64,000 nucleotides of DNA from Gemmatimonadaceae bacterium (GTDB lineage: Bacteria; Gemmatimonadota; Gemmatimonadetes; Gemmatimonadales; Gemmatimonadaceae), in contig JANLTI010000202.1 of assembly GCA_031362845.1 (NCBI GenBank), forward strand, positions 11,420 through 75,419. Direction: 5' to 3'. A model generated the notes under the pieces. That model was not told the DNA's origin. It saw only the letters and a list, made by a program, of their open reading frames with translations, and searched no databases. This document shows, piece by piece, positions 48,512 through 57,975 of the stretch; within the stretch, counting starts at the first letter, position 1, and the number at the start of each line of letters is the position of its first letter. A program made the translations under genes and the position numbers.

Positions 48512-50527
48512 TCAGGGTACCGGTTTCGGCTTCGGCTCGATCCGCAGCACCCACAGTCCGCTGTTGAAGTCGTTCACGTACGCGAGGCCGTCCTTCGGGT
48601 TCACGACGACGCCCCAGGTCATGGCCGCATTGGGGATTTTTCCCTTTGCGTCCGACGGCATGAACTCGCCGATTTCGCGACCCTGCGCGCGCAGGTCCCC
48701 GCGAAGCTCACCGCTCATGTCGAACGCCCGGAAGCCCGCGTTGTACGCGCCCATGTAGAGCGTGTCGCCGAGCATCCAGACGTTGTGGACGCCGCCGTAC
48801 TCCGGCTCGTACCACGCCACGGGCTTCGGATGCTCGATGTCCTTGACGTCCAGCACCTGCAACCGTCCGTGCGCTCGTGACAGGCCGCCGGAGAACAGCG
48901 TCTGCGCGGCGTCGTTGCCGAACACCTCGTCGGCGATGACGAGGTAGTCCCGATACCGCCACGCGGTATGCGTGCCGCGGATGAAACCCTTGCCTCCTTC
49001 CTTCTCGACGTCACGGTACAGCTGATCGAGGTCGTACTTGTATTGCGACACGATCTTCGGATTGGACGGCGAGCCCCCCTTGATGCCGTTGCCGACGTCA
49101 AGAATGACGATGCCATCGTTCCACCAGGAGCCGTAGAGGAGTCCGTCCTGCACGTCGATGTCGTGCAGCATGCGGCCCGCATCGGCTCGTGGCGTCTTCC
49201 ACGTGGAGACCTGCTTCGGATGGGCCGGATCGTTGATGTCGATGACGTGGACCGCCCCGGTCCCGTCGTTCGTGAGGTAGATGTGCGTGCCGTGCTTCGG
49301 CTGAGTGTGGATGAACGCGGAGTGTACGCCGGAGGTGACGCCGTCCGTGAACTCGCTCAGCGCTTTCGGATGCAATGGGTCGCGCGTATCCGCGATGACG
49401 ATGCCGTTCTTCCGGTCGGCCGCACCCTCGCGGGTGATCACCATGTAGTTGCCGTCGGGCGTCGTCATGATGTCGTTGATGGATCGCGCATTCACGACGA
49501 TCGAGTCCACGACGACCGGGCTGTTCGGGTTGGAAATGTCGATGGCGTAGACACGATCACCACCCATGATCGTGCCCAGGTACGCGACCTTCCCGTTGGG
49601 ATGCAGCCAGACTTCCGACGTGGCGAAGGTGTTGCGGAGCACCTTGCTCACGACCGTGACCGGCCGTCGCACGTCGCGATCTACTGCCGTGACGGTCGCG
49701 TCGGCGGCGTGTCGCCCCACGGACGCGGAGACCTGGTAGACACCCGGCTCGTACGCGACGAAGCTGCCATCGGCATCGAGCAGGCCCTTGCCGGGAGTGA
49801 ACGACCAGCTCGGCGTGATACCCGCGATCTCACGTCCCGCGGCATCGCGCACGACGGCTCGGAAGCGCACGACGTCGCCGGTGCGCACCGACGCCGTCGC
49901 CGGCATCACCTGCACGCTCGCGACGGTCGCCGACAGCACCTCCACGGGAACGCGCGTCGAGACGCCGCCCACCGATGCGCTCACGACAGCGCGTCCGGGG
50001 GCGATCGCCTCGAGACCGCCATCCGCCGCGACGCGCACGACGGAGGGCGCAGAGCTGGCCCACTGCACACGATCCGCACGTCGATCACCGACGTGGGAAA
50101 AGACGGTCGCTCCAAGGCGCATCCGCTGACCGGGCAACATCCGCGCGGGCTGCGGCGCGATGTCGATGCGCGACGCCGGCGCGGGCACCATCGCGACCTC
50201 GAAGCGTTCGATGACCGGCTTGGCGCCGCTTACGAGCGCCACCGCCGTCACGGGTATGGTGCCGATGGCGCCCGAGCGTACGAGACCGGTGGAATCCACG
50301 CTGCCCTCGAAATGGCCCCCCGCACTGACGAACATGATCCGCGCATTGGTGACCGGCGCGCCGGACGCATCGAGCAGTTGCGCGCGCAGGCGCAGCGAAT
50401 CGCCAGCGACGACCGTGCGGATGGCGGGCGTGATGACGAGTCGGCCGGCGGGTTGCGGCAGTTGCGCGCGCGCGAGGGAGAAGGCGCTGAGAAGCGGAAG
50501 GCAGGCGACGTAACGGGAAATGCGCAC
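48512..50527 (-). CDS. exported Big_2 (Ig-like) x about 4 plus LVIVD-repeat beta-propeller protein
   Basis: Start proposed at GTG 50527 (VRISRYVACLPLLSAFSLARAQ signal). Repeated ITP...V...G.S..L.A modules. C-terminal LVIVD-like blades (VYAIDISNPNSP, GIVIADTRDPLHP, AVHVIDINDPAHP, LQVLDVKDIEHP). Confidence 0.74.
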   Translation of the reverse strand: MRISRYVACLPLLSAFSLARAQLPQPAGRLVITPAIRTVVAGDSLRLRAQLLDASGAPVTNARIMFVSAGGHFEGSVDSTGLVRSGAIGTIPVTAVALVSGAKPVIERFEVAMVPAPASRIDIAPQPARMLPGQRMRLGATVFSHVGDRRADRVQWASSAPSVVRVAADGGLEAIAPGRAVVSASVGGVSTRVPVEVLSATVASVQVMPATASVRTGDVVRFRAVVRDAAGREIAGITPSWSFTPGKGLLDADGSFVAYEPGVYQVSASVGRHAADATVTAVDRDVRRPVTVVSKVLRNTFATSEVWLHPNGKVAYLGTIMGGDRVYAIDISNPNSPVVVDSIVVNARSINDIMTTPDGNYMVITREGAADRKNGIVIADTRDPLHPKALSEFTDGVTSGVHSAFIHTQPKHGTHIYLTNDGTGAVHVIDINDPAHPKQVSTWKTPRADAGRMLHDIDVQDGLLYGSWWNDGIVILDVGNGIKGGSPSNPKIVSQYKYDLDQLYRDVEKEGGKGFIRGTHTAWRYRDYLVIADEVFGNDAAQTLFSGGLSRAHGRLQVLDVKDIEHPKPVAWYEPEYGGVHNVWMLGDTLYMGAYNAGFRAFDMSGELRGDLRAQGREIGEFMPSDAKGKIPNAAMTWGVVVNPKDGLAYVNDFNSGLWVLRIEPKPKPVP

Positions 50528-50730
50528 GGGACAGGCTCCTGGAAGTTGGACGGCCGCCGGAAGCTCCGGCGAAGCGCGAGCGCTGTCAACGGCGTGCGCC
50601 GGTGTCGCTCGGGGAGGCGGCACGGCGCGGAGCACGGGTACATTCCAGAAGCGGCGAACGAACGCCACGCCCAGGGATCGCGACGCGGCAACCAGTCCGC
50701 CCGGACGATGAATCGACCCGTCACCCATAC

Positions 50731-51786
50731 ATGAACATGCCAACTCGCTCGTGGACCGGACGCTCGTACGGAACGGCGCTCACCATGCTGCTCCTCGCGA
50801 CGGCGTGTCGGACCGCGTCCCCCACGCCATCGTCGGTCGCCACTGCTCGCGCCGACACCGCGCCCTCTCCTCCGCCGGCGCGGTGGCTCACCATCATCGG
50901 CGAGTACGGACTGGACTCAGCGGACGTCATCGTACTCGAGCGCGGCGGACGGCTCTGGATGCGCACCGCCTCCATCGACACGCCAATCGTGGAACAGTCC
51001 GACGGCGGGTTCGTCACCGCCGATGCGCAGCAGCGCCGTATCACGTTCCGGCGTGGACCCACCGGGCGCATCGTGCAGCTCGAAGTCGACGGCGCCTCGC
51101 TCGCGCGCCGGCAGGTGGGACCCGAGTCGGGCAACCAACTCGTCATCACCCCGGTGCGCCCCCTCGACGAGCTGCGCCGCGAGGCGCTCGCCGCTCGGCC
51201 ACCGACGGAGCGCGGGTCGTTCCTGCCGATGGACCTGGTAGAGCTCACGACGCTCGATCCCACGATCAAGCTCGAGATCCGGTACGCCACGAGCAACAAC
51301 CTGTTCGGCGCGCCATTCTATTCGCAGGCGCGCGCGTTCCTGCAGCGGCCGGCGGCCGAAGCGCTGGTGCGTGTGAGCGCGGCGCTGCGGCCGCGCGGTT
51401 ACGGACTGCTCGTGCACGACGGCTACCGTCCGTGGTCAGTGACGAAGATGTTCTGGGATGCGTCGCCGGAGGAGAAGCACATCTTCGTCGCCAATCCTGC
51501 GCAGGGTTCGAAGCACAACCGCGGCGCGGCGGTGGACCTCACGCTGTACGAACTCGCGACCGGCGCGCCGGTGGAAATGGTGAGCACCTACGACGAGACG
51601 TCGTCGCGCGCGTACCCGGACTATCCGGGCGGAACGTCTCGGCAGCGCTGGCACCGCGCCCTCCTGCGCAGCGCGATGGAGGCGGAGCGATTCGCGGTGT
51701 ACGAGACGGAGTGGTGGCACTTCGACTTCGCCGAGTGGCGGCGGTATCCCATCGGAAATCTGGCGTTCGAGGAGCTGATGAAGTAA
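50731..51786 (+). CDS. D-alanyl-D-alanine dipeptidase (VanX/DdpX, peptidase M15D) lipoprotein with about 150 aa N-terminal extra domain
   Basis: Start at MNMPTRSWTGRSYGTALTMLLLATAC (lipobox). Catalytic-domain motifs RYATSNNLFG, LLVHDGYRPWSV, SKHNRGAAVDLTL, EWWHFDF. Confidence 0.87.
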   Translation: MNMPTRSWTGRSYGTALTMLLLATACRTASPTPSSVATARADTAPSPPPARWLTIIGEYGLDSADVIVLERGGRLWMRTASIDTPIVEQSDGGFVTADAQQRRITFRRGPTGRIVQLEVDGASLARRQVGPESGNQLVITPVRPLDELRREALAARPPTERGSFLPMDLVELTTLDPTIKLEIRYATSNNLFGAPFYSQARAFLQRPAAEALVRVSAALRPRGYGLLVHDGYRPWSVTKMFWDASPEEKHIFVANPAQGSKHNRGAAVDLTLYELATGAPVEMVSTYDETSSRAYPDYPGGTSRQRWHRALLRSAMEAERFAVYETEWWHFDFAEWRRYPIGNLAFEELMK

Positions 51787-51815
51787 TCGCGCTCGGCATC
51801 GTTCCATGGCAGGGC

Positions 51816-51939
51816 GGAGGGAATCCACGTTCAGCGTTTGCCGTTGGGCGTTCACCGATTGGCGTTGTAGGGCGGAGACGCATTGAAACCCGGAACGGTC
51901 CACGCCGAACGGGTAACGCGTCACGTGGATTCCCTCTCC
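51816..51939. repeat. palindromic intergenic element (copy C) with GGAGGGAATCCACGT terminal inverted repeats and CGTT-phased heptad arms
   Basis: Left end ggagggaatccacgt (51816-51830). Right end acgtggattccctctcc (51923-51939). Arms read CGTTTGC CGTTGGG CGTTCAC CGATTGG CGTTGTA, and on the other strand CGTTACC CGTTCGG CGTGGAC CGTTCCG. Confidence 0.85.
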
Positions 51940-51966
51940 CAGCGCTTGACGTTCGCCCACCCGGCC

Positions 51967-53487
51967 TCATCGCCGCGCGCGTACGAACGTGGTGCCGTAG
52001 GCGCGTACCCCGCTGACCGCCCCGGTGCCCGTGGGCACGAAGGTCAAGGTCGTCGGGTCGTCGTTCGGCGTCGGTCGGCTGCGGAACACGTCGTGCTCCC
52101 AGTGATCGAGCATACCGAGATCAGCCTTCTCGAACCGGGCCCGCAGCGTGCCATCCACGAGCGTGATCGCGATGCTCCCATATGCCGAGTCGGTGTATGT
52201 GCCGACGTAGCGGTCGATGGGTAGTGACGCGCGGGTGCCGATGGAGCGGGCGGGCGGAGCTGCCGATGCGCGCCGCGCCGACAGCAGCGTGCGCAGATCG
52301 GTGCTCCAGTCACGCGACGGACCCGCGCCATACAAGTCGAACACCTGATACATGAGCGCGTGCCGGAGCTCGGCATGATCGAGGTTGGCGAGCACGAACA
52401 CCCCGACGCGCTGCTCGGGCAGCAGCCCGATGATCGCGCTCATGCCGTCGATGCTGCCGGTATGCATCCACACCGTCTGCCCGTGATAATCCTGGACGAA
52501 CCAGCCGAGCGCGTAGCTGAAGAAGTGTGGCTGCGCGAGTTCGAGCGCCGGGTACTGGCTGGACGGCACGCGAATCTGCGGCGCGACCAGTTCCGCGAAC
52601 GTGGCCGGCGTGATGAGTCGACTGGTTCCGACACGACCGCTATCGAGCATGAGCCGCATCCACCTGGACATGTCGGACACGCTCGACCACACCGATCCGG
52701 CGGCTGCCACGGCATCCGTGCTGCGAATGGGCACGACACGCACCGTGTCGTGGACCAGGTCGTGTGGACTCGCGACGTCGCTCTTGCCGATGATACCCGC
52801 CACGAGCGGCTCCGTCTCCCGCATGTTGAGCGGGGCGAGCAGTCGCGCGCGGAGAAAGGTCTCCCATGGCATGCCCGAGAGTCGCTCCACCAGCACCCCG
52901 CCGATGGCGTACACGACGTTCTGGTAGTTCCAGGTGGAGCGGAACGAGCTGGTCGGCCGCACGTAGCGCAGTTGCCGCATCATCTGCGCGATGGTGTACT
53001 GATTCTCCCGCACCGTCCAGAACAGGTCAGTGCCCGGCAGCCCCGTGCGATGCGTGAGCAGGTCGCGCACGGTGAGCTCTCGCGTCGCGTAGGGATCGTA
53101 GAGCCGGAACTCCGGCAGGTGATCGATCACCTTGTCGTCCCAGCGCAGCTTGCCCTCGTCCACCAGCATCGCGAGCGCCGCGGCGGTCATCGCCTTGGTC
53201 GTGGAGCCAACGGCGAAGCGCGTGTGCTCGGTGGCGCGCGCCGGCTTGCCGACTTCCGCGACGCCGTAGCCCGTCGCGAACACGAGCGAGTCGCCGCTGA
53301 CGACGGCGATAGCGAGACCCGGCACGCGCCAGTCGCGCGCCGCGCGCTCCACGTAGCGGTCGAAAGCTGGCCAGTCGGGCGCGCGACGTTGTGCCTGTTG
53401 CGCGTTGAGCGAGGAGGCAAGCAGCAGGGCGGCGAGCGCGGTGCGCCTCAGCCTGGAGGGGTTCGCAATGAGTCGTGACGGGTTCAT
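51967..53487 (-). CDS. S12-family serine hydrolase (beta-lactamase fold; D-aminopeptidase/DD-peptidase-like) with C-terminal DUF3471-like domain
   Basis: Start at MNPSRLIANPSRLRRTALAALLLASSLNAQQ (signal). SxxK = FAVGSTTKAMTAAA. YxN-type NYQNVVY. Confidence 0.84.
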   Translation of the reverse strand: MNPSRLIANPSRLRRTALAALLLASSLNAQQAQRRAPDWPAFDRYVERAARDWRVPGLAIAVVSGDSLVFATGYGVAEVGKPARATEHTRFAVGSTTKAMTAAALAMLVDEGKLRWDDKVIDHLPEFRLYDPYATRELTVRDLLTHRTGLPGTDLFWTVRENQYTIAQMMRQLRYVRPTSSFRSTWNYQNVVYAIGGVLVERLSGMPWETFLRARLLAPLNMRETEPLVAGIIGKSDVASPHDLVHDTVRVVPIRSTDAVAAAGSVWSSVSDMSRWMRLMLDSGRVGTSRLITPATFAELVAPQIRVPSSQYPALELAQPHFFSYALGWFVQDYHGQTVWMHTGSIDGMSAIIGLLPEQRVGVFVLANLDHAELRHALMYQVFDLYGAGPSRDWSTDLRTLLSARRASAAPPARSIGTRASLPIDRYVGTYTDSAYGSIAITLVDGTLRARFEKADLGMLDHWEHDVFRSRPTPNDDPTTLTFVPTGTGAVSGVRAYGTTFVRARR

Positions 53488-53534
53488 CCATCCCCGATGG
53501 AAAGTACGACACCGGCAAGTGGACCGCTCCCGCA

Positions 53535-54716
53535 TCACGCCGTCTTCCAGATTGCGGTCAATACCCGCTGAAAATTGCCGCCGAGAATTCCTTCGATCTG
53601 CGCGTCCGTGTATTTCCGACGGATGAGGCCCTCCGTGAGATCGAACATGCGCTTCGGGTGGTCGAGTCCCTCGATGTCGATCTTCTCACGGAAGCCGTAG
53701 CTCCCCTTGTAGCCAGCGCGGAGCTGCTTGTTCGCCTCCGGGGGCATGTCGTCGTAGCCATCGAGGTCGATGTCGCTGCCCACGCCGAGAAACTCGGGGC
53801 CCACCAGCCTGGTCACGTGGTCGAAGTGGTCGAGCGCGTGTTCGATGGTGGTCGGCTCGTGATCACGCACGAACATTCGCACGCCAGTGATTCCCATCAC
53901 GCCGCCCGACTTCGCCATCGCGCGAATGGCTTCATCGGTCTTGACGCGCGGGTGACCCGGTACGAGCGCCCGGCAATTGGAGTGCGTGATGAGCACGGGT
54001 CGCTTCGAGGCTTCGAACGCGTCGAGCGTGGTGCGATCGCCGCAGTGAGACACGTCCACGGCCATCCCCACCGTGTTCATGCGGTCAACGATCGCCAGCC
54101 CGAAGTCGCTCAGTCCCTCGTCGCGACGCTCGGTGGCGCCATTGCCGATCAGGTTCCGCCCGTTGTAGGTCAGTTGTGACACCCGCTGCCCCTGACCGTA
54201 GAAGAAGTCCACGTCCTCCGGGCGACGGAAGTGACCGGAATTCTGAAGGCCGAGCAGCACACCTACCTTCCGCGACCGCTTGGCGCGCGCGAAATCTGCC
54301 GCGCTGTCCACGCGCATGAGCCGCTCGTCGTTGCCGGCAATGAATCCGTTCCAGCCGGCGAACCACACGAGCGCCGTCTGATACGGGTCGAGCCCGCCGA
54401 GTCCAATGGCGGGATGAAAGACGGAGATCCCCGAGTCCACGAACTTCTGGAAGTGGGCGTCGGTGAAGCTCTCCGCGTTCACCGTCCACTTCGCCTGCAA
54501 CGGAAAGTCGAGCGTGAAGGGCGCGAGCATGTCCACCACCGTCGCGCGTTGCATCAGCGCGATGGTGCGGGCCGAGTACTCCGCTCCGCGGAACAGTGTG
54601 TGGCGGCCGAGGTTGATCATCGCGGCAGCAACCGTCGGAGCGGCAACGAGAGCGGCACAGGCCGCAGCAGCAGTTTTCAGCAATGAGCGGCGGGAGACGT
54701 CAGTCGGCAAGGACAT
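53535..54716 (-). CDS. membrane (renal-type) dipeptidase, peptidase M19, Tat-exported
   Basis: Tat motif SRRSLLKTAAAACAALVAAP. Motifs DVSHCGD, LITHSNCRAL, HPRVKTDEAI, GVGSDIDLDG. Confidence 0.9.
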   Translation of the reverse strand: MSLPTDVSRRSLLKTAAAACAALVAAPTVAAAMINLGRHTLFRGAEYSARTIALMQRATVVDMLAPFTLDFPLQAKWTVNAESFTDAHFQKFVDSGISVFHPAIGLGGLDPYQTALVWFAGWNGFIAGNDERLMRVDSAADFARAKRSRKVGVLLGLQNSGHFRRPEDVDFFYGQGQRVSQLTYNGRNLIGNGATERRDEGLSDFGLAIVDRMNTVGMAVDVSHCGDRTTLDAFEASKRPVLITHSNCRALVPGHPRVKTDEAIRAMAKSGGVMGITGVRMFVRDHEPTTIEHALDHFDHVTRLVGPEFLGVGSDIDLDGYDDMPPEANKQLRAGYKGSYGFREKIDIEGLDHPKRMFDLTEGLIRRKYTDAQIEGILGGNFQRVLTAIWKTA

Positions 54717-54767
54717 TTGAGGGCTCAGAGAGTTGAGTGAGGGTGCAACCTCCGACTACGGGCTGCC

Positions 54768-54883
54768 GGGATCCACGTGACGTGTTTCCCGTTTAGCGTC
54801 CAACGTTCACCGTTCCACTGCATTCGCCGCCGTGACACGCACCACGGGCAGCGCCGAACGGGAAACGCGTTACCTGGATTTCC
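54768..54883. repeat. palindromic intergenic element (copy D) with GGGATCCACGTGACG / CGTTACCTGGATTTCC ends
   Basis: Left gggatccacgtgacgtgtttcccgtttagcg. Right, reverse-complemented, ggaaatccaggtaacgcgtttcccgttcggcg. The interior is phased every 7 nt by CGT (cgtttag cgtccaa cgttcac cgttcca). Confidence 0.85.
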
Positions 54884-54923
54884 GTTATCTCGCAACTGAG
54901 CAATGAAGTCCCTCGCGACTGTG

Positions 54924-56537
54924 CTACGGCGTTCGGCTTGCGCTCGCCATCGGCGGCCGCCGACGGAACGTGGCTGGCCCGGCCAGATCGATCTGCACTT
55001 CGTCCACCGTGGCGTTGGCGCTGAGCCGGAACTGGACGGGAATGGGGCCGAGCACCGGCGTGCCGAAACGCGTACGAAATGTGTCGAAGTGCCAGTGCTC
55101 GAGCGCGCCGTTCCAGTTGGGTCCGAACGACAGCAGCAGCTTGCCTGCCGAGTCGCGCACGGTGACGTCGCCGAGCAGGCTGTCGCTGTAGACACCGGCG
55201 TACTTGTCCAGCGGGAGTGATGGCTTCGTGTTCGGCACGCGAGACGCCTCCATCTTCTTCAGCGCTTCGCGGCCCCTCGCCCGTGCCGCCTCGCTGCGCG
55301 CGAATGCCTTGGCACTCCAGTCCTCCGGCGTCACGCCAAGGTGCAGATCGAATGCGCGGTTCATCAGCGTCGTCGGCATTCCGGAGCCGTTCATGTTGGA
55401 CAGGATCACGATCCCCATCCGTTCCTCGGGGATCATGCCGACCAGCGCCGTCATGCCGTCCACGTTGCCGCCGTGCTGCACCACGAGCTTTCCGCGGTAG
55501 TCCTGGAGGAACCAGCCCAGCCCATAGGCCTGGAGATGCGTGTACGGATTGCTCCTGCGCGCACCCGTATCGATCGGGATGACGATGTGCGGCGTCTGCA
55601 TCTCGTCGATCATGCGCTCGCTGATGAGCCGCTTGCCGCCGATCGAACCGCGCGCGAGCTGTAGCCGCACCCATTGCGCCATGTCGAGCGCAGTCGAGTT
55701 GATGGAGCCGGCCGGGCCCGCGTTGTCGATATTCCGCCAGTCCACGGCGCGTACCACCCCATCCACTTCGGCATGCGGCGTGGCGAGGTTCGGTCCGCCG
55801 GCGATCTGGCGAATGGACGTCGTGCTCGACGTCATGCCGAGTGGCACGAGCAGGCGATCGCGCACGAAGTCGTCCCATGTCGTATTCGCCATGTGGGCGA
55901 CGATCTGGCCCGCCGTGATGTACATGATGTTCTGATAGCCGAACTGCGAGCGGAAGCTCCACGTCGGCTGGAGGTAGCGCACGCGGCGCACGATCTCGTC
56001 GCGGTCATAGCCGGAGCCGTACCAGACCATCTCCCCGCGCGCGAGTCCGCTGCGGTGGCTGAGGAGATCGCGCACCGTCAGCTCGCGCGACGCATACGGA
56101 TCGGCGAGCTGGAAGCCGGGGAAGTAGAGCGAGGCGCGCCCGTCCAGCGACAGCTTCTTCTCGTCGGCGAGCATCGCGACCGCCGCCGCGGTGAACGCCT
56201 TGGATGACGAGCCGATGGCGAACACCGTGCGCTCATCGACCGCCTGGGTAGTGCCCATATGCCGGACGCCATAGCCCTTGGCGAAAATCACCGAGTCGTT
56301 GCGCACGATGGCGATGGCAGCGCCCGGTACCTTCCACGTCGCGAGCGCCTGATTGACGTACGCGTCCCACCCGGGATACGGCTCCCGTGACAACGACTGC
56401 TGCGCCGGCATCCGTGGCGCGGCGCCGGCGAGCGCGACGCCTGAGGCGCAGGCGATAATGGTGGCGCCGCGGCGCCAGGAGCGTGCAGTGCCATGCGACG
56501 AGCGCATCGAGCGCGGGCGATGCATCATTGGAGACAT
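54924..56537 (-). CDS. S12-family serine hydrolase (beta-lactamase fold), paralog of 51967..53487
   Basis: Signal-like N-terminus. SxxK = FAIGSSSKAFTAAA. GYQNIMY. Same C-terminal domain architecture as the paralog. Confidence 0.84.
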   Translation of the reverse strand: MSPMMHRPRSMRSSHGTARSWRRGATIIACASGVALAGAAPRMPAQQSLSREPYPGWDAYVNQALATWKVPGAAIAIVRNDSVIFAKGYGVRHMGTTQAVDERTVFAIGSSSKAFTAAAVAMLADEKKLSLDGRASLYFPGFQLADPYASRELTVRDLLSHRSGLARGEMVWYGSGYDRDEIVRRVRYLQPTWSFRSQFGYQNIMYITAGQIVAHMANTTWDDFVRDRLLVPLGMTSSTTSIRQIAGGPNLATPHAEVDGVVRAVDWRNIDNAGPAGSINSTALDMAQWVRLQLARGSIGGKRLISERMIDEMQTPHIVIPIDTGARRSNPYTHLQAYGLGWFLQDYRGKLVVQHGGNVDGMTALVGMIPEERMGIVILSNMNGSGMPTTLMNRAFDLHLGVTPEDWSAKAFARSEAARARGREALKKMEASRVPNTKPSLPLDKYAGVYSDSLLGDVTVRDSAGKLLLSFGPNWNGALEHWHFDTFRTRFGTPVLGPIPVQFRLSANATVDEVQIDLAGPATFRRRPPMASASRTP

Positions 56538-56637
56538 CCGGGGGAAAGGAGTCGAGGATCAAGCGGTGAACGCGGTGCAGCCTCGCAGCGCGCGAATCGG
56601 ACGATGGCGTTCGCCAGGGGAGTCTCGTCGTGCTGTG

Positions 56638-57972
56638 TCAACTTCCGCCGGCGATGGTCGGATTGTTGATGCGTTCGACGTCCGGCAACGGGAAGCAGGT
56701 CTGCGTTCCGTAGACCCCTCCGTACTGGTAGGCCGCGCCCGCGGCCGGCGTGAACGCGATGCCGTAGCGCCGCATGTCGCCGAGCCGGTGCCCTTCCATG
56801 AACAGTTCGCGACGGCGCTCTTCGATGATCTGCGCGATGAGGTCGGCCGCGGTGGCTCCCACCGGACGAGCGTAGGACGGCACGCCGGCCGTGCGCGCAC
56901 GCGCCCGGTTGATTGCGGCCTCCGCCTCCGCGAGGTTGCCGGTGAGGGCGGCATTCTCGGCGATGATGAGCTGGGCTTCCGCGTAGCTCGCAATTCGGAT
57001 CGGCGAGGTAACGGTGGCGTGCTTGGCCGGGATGAACAGCCGCGAGCCGGTGGCGGTGCCGTTGCGATTTAGGTCCGTCACGATGACGCGCGGGTCCTGC
57101 GTGGTACCACCGGGCGCGAGCACATTGCGGAACGATGGATCGACCGTGCTGAACGAACTCTGCGAGATCGTGATGAACACGGTGTTCTGGCGTCGCGAGT
57201 TGACGGCGTCGGGTGAATTGTTGAGGACGAAGGTCGCCGGGATCAGCGCCGCGTCGGCCGCCGCGGCCGCCAAGTTCGACCCGCCGCCAAGGTCGAGCAG
57301 CACGCGCGCGCGACCGAGTCGCGCCAGATTGAGCGTGGTGACGTCGTTCGCCGTCGTCGCCGCGGCGATGGCCTTTGTGAACCGGGTCACGGCCTCGGCG
57401 AACAGCGCGGGTGAATTCATCTCGGGCCCGAGGTTGATCGCGGCGCTGCACATGCCCTCGCCGAGCAGTGTCAGGCTGTAGCCGGCGTACGCGTACGACT
57501 GCCCAATCAGCTTCGAGCGGTTCGGCACCTCGGCGTCGGTCCACCCCTCGAGCTTGGCCGCCGCAGTGTCAGCCGTCGCGCGCGCCACGGAGAGCGGAGT
57601 GTAGATGCCGGGTTGCTGGCTCGAGCTCGGTGTGGGCGACGCGCAAGTGTTGGTGCCGTAAGTGGCGTTGGTGTTCACGCGGCGCGCGTCGTAATCGAAG
57701 TTCGCCAGCGCCGAGATGCCGACGGTTACCTCATCGGCGAACAGACCGCTACCGACCACGTACCGGCTGAAGGCGCACTCGAAGTCACCGATCGCGCCGT
57801 TCACGAGCAGTGGCGCGTTCGTCGGCACGTAAAGGGTCTCGACAGAGAGCGTTCCGGGATTCTCCTGCTTGAGACTCGTGATTTCGCTGCATGCCGTTGC
57901 CATCATTGCGAGCATACTCGCGGCGAGCGCCATGCGCCGGCCGGAGACCGATTCATTCAGTTGGTTTCGCAT
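56638..57972 (-). CDS. susD: RagB/SusD-family outer-membrane nutrient-binding lipoprotein
   Basis: Lipobox LAMMATAC. C-terminal signature IIEERRRELFMEGHRLGDMRRYG. It lies 3 nt downstream of a SusC-type gene. Confidence 0.87.
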   Translation of the reverse strand: MRNQLNESVSGRRMALAASMLAMMATACSEITSLKQENPGTLSVETLYVPTNAPLLVNGAIGDFECAFSRYVVGSGLFADEVTVGISALANFDYDARRVNTNATYGTNTCASPTPSSSQQPGIYTPLSVARATADTAAAKLEGWTDAEVPNRSKLIGQSYAYAGYSLTLLGEGMCSAAINLGPEMNSPALFAEAVTRFTKAIAAATTANDVTTLNLARLGRARVLLDLGGGSNLAAAAADAALIPATFVLNNSPDAVNSRRQNTVFITISQSSFSTVDPSFRNVLAPGGTTQDPRVIVTDLNRNGTATGSRLFIPAKHATVTSPIRIASYAEAQLIIAENAALTGNLAEAEAAINRARARTAGVPSYARPVGATAADLIAQIIEERRRELFMEGHRLGDMRRYGIAFTPAAGAAYQYGGVYGTQTCFPLPDVERINNPTIAGGS

Positions 57973-57975
57973 GGC

